A stretch of DNA of 64,000 bases. It comes from Squalus acanthias (Eukaryota). Of this stretch, positions 1 to 8,938 are shown piece by piece. Each line of letters begins with the position of its first letter. The first letter of the stretch is position 1. Location: assembly GCA_030390025.1 (NCBI GenBank), contig CM059432.1, positions 96,350,001 through 96,414,000 of the forward strand, given 5' to 3'. The notes below the pieces were generated by a model that worked only from the letters and a program-made list of their open reading frames with translations, was not told the DNA's origin and searched no databases. The position numbers and the translations under genes were made by a program.

Positions 1-136
1 TTACCGCCGCCGCTAACCTCCCGCTGAATTTTGCGGGAGGCGTTAGTGGCACCGCACCCGGGCGCTAGTTGCTTTGTGCCCTGTTAGTGCCCTTAGGGCA
101 CTAATGGGAGGCGCAAATCAACCGAATTTTTCCCCC
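1..136. mobile_element. Right end of a Harbinger-type MITE (cut by window edge)
   Basis: Closely matches the right end of the MITE at 25729-26356 (gccgc.gctaacctccc.ctgaattt...gggc.ctagttgcttt...aggcgcaaatcaa...aatttttccccc). Confidence 0.7.
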
Positions 137-1534
137 TAGATGTAAAATGCAGTAAGTATCTTCACAAGGGAAGCTGACTGGATAATGAATGAGTTATGGT
201 CAACTATGCAGGGGAAGATATTTATTGCACGCACTGCTGGCCACTAAATTGTACCTAATCAGCAAAATAAATTCTTGCTAAGGCTTTGATGGTTTTACTT
301 GCATTTGAAAAATGGGCTTTCACAGGAGGTCCTTGACTCTATTTTGAGAGAAGTGCAAATCATGAAGCTCCATGAATTGCCCTGGAAGATAATGGTATTT
401 AAATGTAACTTACCATGAGGCAATATGACTGACAAAGAAAAAGTATGCGTTCACTTTGACTTACTTGCGCAGTGACGGGTGCTCAGCATTCAAACCAGCT
501 GACAGGTTCTTTCTTAGGATTCGGAATAAATGCATTTTGATTACTTCAGTACACAAGAAACTTACAGCAGAATGACTGCACTCAGCACCTCTTGCTTCCT
601 GTTCCTGTGACAAGGCAATGTCACACAACCTGATAGCTCTGGTGTAGAGTATGCTATACAATAGAGGTGGGAATCATCTTCTCTGTGATAGTGTTGTTGC
701 ATATTTACTGCTTATATTTATGGTTATTTTGAAATAACTACTGTTGATGTAGTTAGCGCAAACTTGTAGTCCGTTAAACACAGCCATAAGTACATTTACA
801 GACAATGATTAAAACAATAATTAAACCAATAACCAAATGGCTGATCTAATGAAAATAAGTGAACCTGTAATTTTCAGCATTAAATACCAGAAACCTCCAC
901 TTACACTATCATAACTAAAGTAATATTACATACAATTAACATACAAAAATTCCTTTAATATCATCAGTGAATTGTACCATTATCTCACGTTTTGAAGCAG
1001 CAACCTCACAGCAGTGGAGAAAGACTGGGGGAAGAAGCATCTGCAAGGTGAGATATTATCATTTCAGAAAATTTACAGGTCAAGAACCAACTTGACAGGC
1101 CCCTGAGAGGGATTTTAAATTCAAGTCCAAAATGGGCACCAAGTTGGCACTGCACCCACAAAAGCCACAGTCGCGAGGCCCGAACCATTGAGAGGATCGG
1201 GAATTATTTGAATGTTACCTGCAGGTTGCGGGCACCAAATGGGCGTTTCACTGTCGCTCACCGGTTTTGGACAGTGGAAAATTGGTCGGCTTCCAATGTG
1301 TTGGAGGTGCTGGAGGAGAGCAGATTCTCGTGTGCAGCGAGAATGGGATGGCAACATGCCGGAAGATCTTTGTGGGGCCAGAAGGAGCACAAATACTTGT
1401 GGCACCACAAAAATCATAAAATAAACAAAAATTTATCTTTAGCAAAATACTGCGGATGCTGGAAATCCGAAATAACAACAGAAAATGCTGGAAAAACTCA
1501 GCAGGCCAGGCAGCATCCGTGGAGAGAGAAACAG

Positions 1535-1571
1535 AGTTAACGTTTCAGGTCAAAGACCTTTCGTCAGAACT
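1535..1571 (-). ncRNA. Minimal hammerhead ribozyme in the inverted Penelope-A pLTR
   Basis: Minus strand reads agtt CTGACGA a aggtc ttt gacct GAAA CG TT aact. Confidence 0.7.
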
Positions 1572-2110
1572 GGAAATAGCAGGAAATGAAATAGATTTAA
1601 GGCAAGGATAAAGCTGGGAAAAGGGGGGAGGGGATGAAAGAACAAAAGGAGAGATTAAGAGACATTGAGAGATGATCAAGGCAAGAGGTGGTGTTAATGT
1701 GACAGGTTGAGGCTAAAAGAAGTGTGAAATGCACTGGCAGAATGAAGGACAGCTGCCAGCTTCTAGGAGGGAAAAAAAAGGGAGGGGGGGGGGGGCAAAC
1801 AAAAGGGTGGATGAAAAAATAAAATATAAATGTGATAGGAGCTGAGGTTATGATTTAAAATTGTTGAACTCGATATTGAGTCCAGAGGGCTGTAGCGTGC
1901 CTAAACGAAAGATGAGGTGCTGTTCCTCGAGCTTACGCTGCGCTTCCATGGAACAGTGTAATAGGCCGAGGACGGTGAGGTCAGAGTGGGAGTGGAGCGG
2001 AGAATTAAAGTGACAGGCGACCGGGAGCTCGGGGTCCCCCTTACGGACTGAACGGAGGTGTTCCACAAAGCGGTCACCCAATCTACGTTTGGTCTCCCCA
2101 ATGTAGAGGA

Positions 2111-2170
2111 AAATGAGAAGTCGCACAACACCAGGTTATAGTCCAACAGATTTATTTAATTTAATTAATT
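2111..2170 (-). mobile_element. 60-bp Penelope family B pLTR fragment inserted into family A
   Basis: 12-bp TSD caatgtagagga (2099-2110, 2171-2182). Insert matches the family B tail (ctgttggactataacctggtgttgtgcgacttctca) and is absent from the 4186-4543 copy. Confidence 0.85.
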
Positions 2171-2359
2171 CAATGTAGAGGAGACCACATCGTGAGCAGC
2201 GAATACAGTATACTAAATTGCAGGAAGTACAAGTAAATCACTGTTTCACCTGGAAGGGGTGTTTGGGGCCCTGGACACCAACGCCACTCCGGAACCTTCT
2301 TCCCCTTCACTTTCCTCTGACCCCCCTTCTCCCAATCTCACCCCCTGCCGCGTTTTCAC

Positions 2360-4543
2360 TATCCCTCTGACCTTCCCCTTTCTGACCCCGAACGATCAGT
2401 CCTCAGCAAAGGCCTGAGCTTCATCCCCTTACGCCCCCACCTCAATGAATTTCGAGCTCGGCACGATGCTGAGCTCTTTTTCCGCCGCTTTCGCCTCCGT
2501 GCCCACTTCTCTGGCCAGGAGTCTTCCCCCCGTACAGCTGACCCTTTCTCCTGCTTTCAGAATTCCCGTTCTACTTGGACCCCTCCCTCTGGCCTCTTAC
2601 CCTCTCTAGATCTTTTCATTGCCAACTGCCGGCGTGACATCGGCCGTCTCAATTTCTCTGCTCGCCTCTCTCACTCCAACCTACCTCCCTCTGAACTTAC
2701 AGCACTCTATTCCCTCAGATCCAACCCCGACATTGTCATTAAACCTGCTGACAAGGGTGGTGCTGTTATTGTTTGGTGTACCGACCTCTACCTAGCGGAA
2801 GCTGAACGGCAACTCTCCGACACCTCCTCCTACCTCCACCTGGACCATGACCCCACTACCGAACATCAAACCACCATTTCCAAGACCGTCACTGACCTCA
2901 TCTCCTCTGGAGATCTTCCCCCCACGGCCGCCAACCTCATAGTTCCCCAACCCCGCACAGCCCGCTTCTACCTCCTTCCCAAGATCCACAAACAGGACTG
3001 CCCCGGTAGACCCATCGTTTCAGCCTGTTCTTGCCCCACGGAACTTATCTCTTCCTATCTCGACTCTATTTTTTCTCCCCTTGTCCAGTCTCTTCCCACC
3101 TACATCTGCGACTCTTCCGACGCCCTCCGCCATTTTAACAGTTTCCAGTTTCCCGGCCCCAACCGCCTCCTTTTCACTATGGACGTACAATCCCTCTACA
3201 CCGCCATTCCCCACCAGGATGGCCTGAGGGTGCTCCGCTTCTTCCTTGAACAGAGGCCCAACCAGTCCCCATCCACCACCACCCTCCTCCGTCTGGCTGA
3301 ACTTGTTCTCACATTGAACAAATTCTCCTTTGACTCCACCCATTTCCTCCAAATTAAAGGTGTTGCTATGGGTATCCGCATGGGTCCTAGCTATGCCTGC
3401 CTTTTCGTGGGATATGTGGAACACTCTTTGTTCCAGTCCTACTCGGGTCCCCTCCCTCACCTCTTTTTCCGGTACATTGATGACTGTATCGGTGCCGTCT
3501 CCTGCTCTCGCCCTGAACTAGAACATTTCATTCACTATGCTTCCAATTTCCACCCTTCCCTCACCTTCACATGGTCCATCTCCGACTCGTCCCTTCCCTT
3601 CCTCGACTTCTCCGTCTCCATCTCTGGAGATAGGTTATTGACTAACATTCACTACAAGCCCACTGACTCCCACAGCTACCTGGACTACACTTCCTCCCAC
3701 TCCGCCTCCTGTAAGGACTCTATTCCATTCTCCCAGTTTCTCCGTCTCCGCCGCATCTGCTCTGATGATGCCACCTTCCATACCAGTGTTTCCGACATGT
3801 CTTCCTTTTTCCTCAACCGAGGATTCCCCTCTACCGTGGTCGACACGGCCCTCGACCGTGTCCGTTCTATCTCCTGCACTTCTGCCCTCACCCCTGCCCC
3901 TCCCTCCCGGAACCACGATAGAGTTCCCCTTGTCCTCACCTTTCACCCCACCAGCCTCCACATTCAACGGATCATCCTCCGCCATTTCCGCCACCTCCAG
4001 CGTGATCCCACCACCAAACGCATCTTCCCCTCACCTCCCCTTTCAGTATTCCGCAGGGACCGCTCCCTCTGTGACACCCTAGTCCACTCCTCTACCACCC
4101 CCAGCACCCCTTCCCCTTCGCTCGGGACCTTGCCGTGCAAGCACAGGAGATGCAACACATGCCCTTATACCTCCCCTCTTCCCACTGTCCAGGGCCCCAA
4201 ACACCCCTTCCAGGTGAAACAGCGATTTACTTGTACTTCCTGCAATTTAGTATACTGTATTCGCTGCTCACAATGTGGTCTCCTCTACACTGGGGAGACC
4301 AAACGCAGATTGGGTGACCGCTTTGCGGAACACCTCCGTTCAGTCCGTAAGGGGGACCCCGAGCTCCCGGTCGCCTGTCACTTTAATTCTCCACTCTACT
4401 CCCACTCTGACCTCACCGTCCTCGACCTATTACACTGTTCCACGGAAGCACAGCGTAAGCTCGAGGAACAGCACCTCATCTTTCGTTTAGGCACGCTACA
4501 GCCCTCTGGACTCAATATCGAGTTCAACAATTTCAGATCATAA
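2360..4543 (+). CDS. Penelope reverse transcriptase + GIY-YIG endonuclease (5'-truncated; listed ORF 3179-4543)
   Basis: KPADKG at 2741 is in frame with the ORF. Motifs: MDVQSLYT, QIKGVAMG, YIDD, CKHRRCNTC linker, LVYCIRC..CGLLYTGETKR, GLN end. Apparent frameshift near 2360. Confidence 0.88.
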   Translation, partial: YPSDLPLSDPERSVLSKGLSFIPLRPHLNEFRARHDAELFFRRFRLRAHFSGQESSPRTADPFSCFQNSRSTWTPPSGLLPSLDLFIANCRRDIGRLNFSARLSHSNLPPSELTALYSLRSNPDIVIKPADKGGAVIVWCTDLYLAEAERQLSDTSSYLHLDHDPTTEHQTTISKTVTDLISSGDLPPTAANLIVPQPRTARFYLLPKIHKQDCPGRPIVSACSCPTELISSYLDSIFSPLVQSLPTYICDSSDALRHFNSFQFPGPNRLLFTMDVQSLYTAIPHQDGLRVLRFFLEQRPNQSPSTTTLLRLAELVLTLNKFSFDSTHFLQIKGVAMGIRMGPSYACLFVGYVEHSLFQSYSGPLPHLFFRYIDDCIGAVSCSRPELEHFIHYASNFHPSLTFTWSISDSSLPFLDFSVSISGDRLLTNIHYKPTDSHSYLDYTSSHSASCKDSIPFSQFLRLRRICSDDATFHTSVSDMSSFFLNRGFPSTVVDTALDRVRSISCTSALTPAPPSRNHDRVPLVLTFHPTSLHIQRIILRHFRHLQRDPTTKRIFPSPPLSVFRRDRSLCDTLVHSSTTPSTPSPSLGTLPCKHRRCNTCPYTSPLPTVQGPKHPFQVKQRFTCTSCNLVYCIRCSQCGLLYTGETKRRLGDRFAEHLRSVRKGDPELPVACHFNSPLYSHSDLTVLDLLHCSTEAQRKLEEQHLIFRLGTLQPSGLNIEFNNFRS

Positions 4544-4735
4544 CCTCAGCTCCAATCACATTTATATTTTATTTTTTCATCCACCCTTTTGTTTGCCCCC
4601 CCCCCTCCCTCCCCTCCCTTTTTTTTTCCCTCCTAGAAGCTGGCAGCTGTCCTTCATTCTGCCAGTGCATTTCACACTTCTTTTAGCCTCAACCTGTCAC
4701 ATTAACACCACCTCTTGCCTTGATCATCTCTTAAT

Positions 4736-5488
4736 GGGCCAAAAATTCGGCTCTTCCCAGGTGAGTACGCGCTCTGTACTCACCCGTAATGCTTCCCGAA
4801 GTGCCGGTTTCCTGCATGCACTGCGCATGCGCGGGAAACCGGAACTTCCGGTATGGTGAAGGGGGCGGTTCCTAGGTGAACCGCGTGCGCGCTAGAGGCT
4901 GCGCGCACGCAGCACACTTAGATTTTTTTTCAGGTTTCTACGTGAGGGTAAGTATTGAAGAAACTACGCTATTAAAAAGGAGGCGCATGACCCGTTTTCA
5001 ACAAGGTAAGTGGTTAATTGAAAAAATTTTAAAATTATACTTAACAGGTTTATCTTTTTTAGATACTTTAAAGAAAGGTAAGTTTATTTTTATCACTTTT
5101 AAAAAGTATTTTAATTTTTCCAAAATTTAAATTTTTGTTTAGTGTGTTTAATTTATTTAACTATAGTTATTTTATAGATGTGATGGGTTTTCAAAAAAAA
5201 TTATTTTAAGTTTAGCTGTTCTTTTGGGGCCGATTTCAATTCACAGATCCTGTCAAATCTATGAATGAAAGATGGTCTGCTGCCATTGGCTCTCCATGGC
5301 CCACGTGATCCCAGGGGACGCATCGCACTAACTACGCCCCTGGGACACGCAAGCACTGCGCGCTGGCAGTTGGGAGAGGCCCAGGAGCTGAAGTTCCCGT
5401 GGGCCCAAAACACAACTGCAGGCGCGGTAGGTAAGAGCGCGCGCGATCCTTACCCCCGCGGCAAGATGGAGAGGCGAATTTCTGGGCC
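4736..5488. mobile_element. Harbinger-type MITE in the Penelope 3' UTR
   Basis: Imperfect TIRs GGGCCAAAAATTCG / CGAATTTCTGGGCC; 3-bp TSD AAT. The empty site is visible in the inverted copy near 1665. Confidence 0.85.
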
Positions 5489-5592
5489 AATGTCTCTCAA
5501 TGTATCTTAATCTCTCCTTTTGTTCTTTCATCCCCTCCCCCCTTTTCCAGCTTTATCCTTGCCTTAAATCTATTTCATTTCCTGCTATTTCC

Positions 5593-5629
5593 AGTTCTGA
5601 CGAAAGGTCTTCGACCTGAAACGTTAACT
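5593..5629 (+). ncRNA. Minimal hammerhead ribozyme in the Penelope-A pLTR
   Basis: agtt CTGACGA a aggtc ttc gacct GAAA CG TT aact: CUGANGA and GAAA core, 5-bp stem II, stem I agtt/aact, palindromic AACGTT at helix III. Confidence 0.75.
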
Positions 5630-5824
5630 CTGTTTCTCTCTCCACGGATGCTGCCTGGCCTGCTGAGTTTTTCCAGCGTTTTCTGTTGTTATTAAAAACT
5701 TATCTTTATTTGAGCAGCCTCCAGAGGTCCTTTTAATAACTGTTGGTTAGTGCGTTCAATGCCTGATTCACCTAAGACTAGCATGTATGGTGGTTGCTTG
5801 CCCTATTTGTACATTAAAATTGCA

Positions 5825-6492
5825 GACCATGCAGACACTGAGACAACGTATGAACGGACACCGCGCAACAATCGCCAGGCAGGATTGTTACCTCCCAGTC
5901 GGGGAACACTTCAGCAGTCAAGGACATTCAGCCTCGGATCTGCGGGTAAGCGTTCTCCAAGGCGTCCTTCGAGACACACGACAACGCAAAATCATCGAGC
6001 AAAAACTGATAGCCAAGTTCCACACTCATGAGGACGGCCTCAACCGGGATCTTGGGTTCATGTCACGCTACATGACGTAGAGTCGTCCAGACTCGAGTCG
6101 TCGTTGGCTTGTTCACAGATGTGATTTCCAGTAAAAAAAAATTTAAAAAAGTAAAAACTTTAAAGTTTATGGTTTTCCATACAGACTGCATTTGACACAT
6201 TAGACCCCCTGTGACCCCACCTCATTGTCTCAGTTGTATCTTGCTATGTCTTTGATGTGGTGCCTTCCTGGCTGACCTGATTGTTTCTCTGCTGAGGTGT
6301 GACGAAAGGCAGTCAGCAGGATTAAATGTAGTCGTCTGACATTGTACGCTACACATGCATTGTTCTCTGTCTATATATGCTTTGCCGATTCGTATTCCTT
6401 CACTTCACCTGACGAAGGGGCAGCAGCTCCGAAAGCTTGTGGTTTCAAATAAAACTGTTGGACTATAACCTGGTGTTGTGCGACTTCTCACT
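5825..6492 (+). mobile_element. Penelope family B 3' fragment (GIY-YIG C-terminus + 3' UTR/pLTR)
   Basis: Encodes TMQTLRQRMNGH...GEHF...EQKLIAKF..HEDGLNRD. 19-bp direct repeat tttgtacattaaaattgca at 5806-5824 and 6493-6511. Confidence 0.9.
6405..6442 (+). ncRNA. Minimal hammerhead ribozyme in the Penelope-B pLTR
   Basis: tcac CTGACGA a ggggc agca gctcc GAAA GC TT gtgg; palindromic AAGCTT. Confidence 0.7.
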
Positions 6493-7448
6493 TTTGTACA
6501 TTAAAATTGCAATTGGTATCTTAGAACCAGTGCAAGACCTTGATTTTCATATTTGAACAGCCTGTTTTGGGTGGGAGTGCTGGGCACCCATTTAAAGGCC
6601 TGCCTGCAAATTGAATCAAGCAGATAAATAGATGTCCAAGACGCCCACCAGTTCCTCCTTTGCTTTTCTGTCAAGAAACAGGTGGTCAACAGTTGAAATT
6701 TCACCATTAATGCCTTTGCATTTTCACTCCAATAGTGGTAGACGTACTCCTATTTCCAAACAGTTGCATATCTGTTTTAATGCTGAGTTCAACAAAATAA
6801 TACAGGTTTCAACTTGTATTCAATAGTTTCAATAGTTTTTATTATCTGATTAATATACAAGAGAACTTGCTGAAACAGTAGCCCCCCAGGCTCTCTTGGA
6901 TCTACCATTAGGAATTCCTTACTGCTTAACGCAACAACTGATAACACTATTGCTAAGGTAAATTAAAAAATTAAGCTTCACATCACCACCTTTTTTACAT
7001 AACTCAAGCATAGGCTGCTTTTTTCTCACAACAAAACTTAAGGAATATTCTGCCCTGTTCCTGTAATGTTTGCTTTGCACGGTTTAATCTAGAATCTCTT
7101 CTATGTTAATCCTTACAGTTGCTATGGCCCTTCGCTAGTTGGAAGTTGGCCCAGGAACGCCTCCAGCTATTCTTCCCAAATGCTGGCTGAATGTAAGTGG
7201 ATCCCAGTTTTTAGGCTCTTTCTGAGTGGGTGCGAACTCAGGCTGATCTGGTGGGTCCTGCACCATTTTCTGACCCTCTCTCCCAAGATTGAAGAATTTC
7301 TGGGCTTAAATTCTTTTGGACTTTCTGTGGGTTGATATAATATTCAACTACTTCATAATTTCCTTCTAGGCCCCGTTCCTGGAGTCTGCAGAAGGGGATA
7401 GTTAATGGCCATGACCATGCTAAAGAACATAGCCCTTCTCAACACTAT

Positions 7449-7866
7449 GGGCTGGATTTTGAATGACCCATGGAGTCGGGTTTGGAGGTGTGTGGGGGGT
7501 TAAATTTGCAGATTCGGGGGTCCCGACCCCATCCCGACTCCATCCCGCCTCCACGCAATTTTGACAAAATCAGTCACGGGGTTCCCGACTCCGTCCCGCC
7601 TCCAAGAGGCGGGAGAGGCCATTACAGCCCTTAACAAGCCCTAAATTGGGTCTGTAATGTTATTTTGAATCGTTGTAGCTAGTTTAACCCTTTTCTGACG
7701 TGAAGTACGCCTGGTGTGAAACTCTCCAGTGAAACCTGGCGGGAGCATAAGTGGATAGCTGACTATCAGCTGCAGGTCCACTATTACAACGGAGATGTGA
7801 TGAAGGTAGTAGTAGTATTAGGTCTGAAAGTCGTCTCTGATGCTGCTCCATTGAATGTCTTTAGAG

Positions 7867-7902
<36 letters not shown>

Positions 7903-8181
7903 CAATTTTCCATCCAGGTCCAATCACATCAAAAGCCAGGCAGGTCCTCTCTCACCAGCAGCCAGACAATCTCTGAGAGCAGGCAGTCAGCATTGATGAC
8001 ATTATCAGAGGCGGGTTTCAGGCTGAAACCACTAATTGGTTCATGGGTTCCCACATGCTGGAACTCAATTGCCCAATTAAATTAAAATTGCATAATTCAT
8101 CCACATTAATCTGGAGTCGGGGGGGAAACACGAGATGTGGAGGACACGACCCCAACCCGACCCCAAGACAAAATCCAGCCC
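7449..8181. mobile_element. Harbinger non-autonomous element, same TIR family as 37184-40431
   Basis: Perfect 13-bp TIR GGGCTGGATTTTG / CAAAATCCAGCCC; TSD TAT. Subterminal motifs (cccgcctccaagaggcggga; ttcccacatgc...caattgcccaatta) are shared, inverted, with 37184-40431. Confidence 0.88.
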
Positions 8182-8938
8182 TATGTGATTTAAGACAAAG
8201 GTGACCTCTACCTCTGTAAAACCCACTCTTTTGTTTTAAACACTACAGTACTTTGTAGCACTTTTTTGATGAGTGCATCTAGATAATTGCTTACCTCTGT
8301 TGTTGGGGCCAAAAGGCTCATTCCATGCTTTGATAAGTTGCTAAACTTTGATGATTATGGCTGATTGCTGACTGGGAATATTACTTTGCTGCTTACCAGA
8401 AAATGATTTGATCAATCATGGGACGTAATTGATGGCAGTTAGCTGTCTAGAAGCATCTTACCTTCTGACAGGCAGAAAATCAGGCTGAAACTTTAATAAT
8501 AGCATTTTACAGACAGTTAGATGGCAATCGTCTAAGGTTAAAAAACAGACAAGCATAGCAATGTAACTTTTCATAATCATGCATTACAGTGTTACTCTTG
8601 GAAAGTCCGTGTGTTAGCAGTGGAAGGCTTGTCTTAAGGGATCGCTGGGGCCAAATAAATTGGGCTGTGCAGCAGTGTTTTTTTAGGTGCTGCTACATGG
8701 CCTTCTAACGCTCCAAAAAGGGGTCCAAGATGCGTGCACACTTCTGACAGGAAGTGCACCGGACGCTAGCTTGGTAAAGGGGTTTGCGTGCGTGCACCTA
8801 ACAATCTCCAGCAACATGCAGAGCAGGCAGATTATGACAGCAATCACTGTGCAACACTGATTTGATGCCAGCACTGGGATTTTTGAATGCGTTAAATGAA
8901 ATGAAGGACCACCCACCAGTGCTATTGAAAGGGAGCAT

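Larger units (their letters stand above)
1442..5693 (+). mobile_element. Penelope-like retroelement (family A, Neptune-like), 5'-truncated, with an inverted copy of its 3' end (1442-2277)
   Basis: 1442-2277 is the reverse complement of 4186-5693 once later insertions are removed. 15-bp TSD aaaaa(t/c)ttatcttta at 1427-1441 and 5694-5708. Carries an RT + GIY-YIG ORF. Confidence 0.93.
1107..6600. mobile_element. Old non-autonomous inverted-repeat element split by two Penelope insertions
   Basis: Left arm aaatgggcacc...gcactgcacccacaaaa (~1130-1165) is roughly the reverse complement of ttttgggtgggagtgctgggcacccattt (~6566-6594). Boundaries are approximate. Confidence 0.45.

Noticed and set aside
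6501..6826. Short ORFs as host exons
   Set aside because: They overlap the right arm of the split inverted-repeat element and have no convincing splice-site pair.
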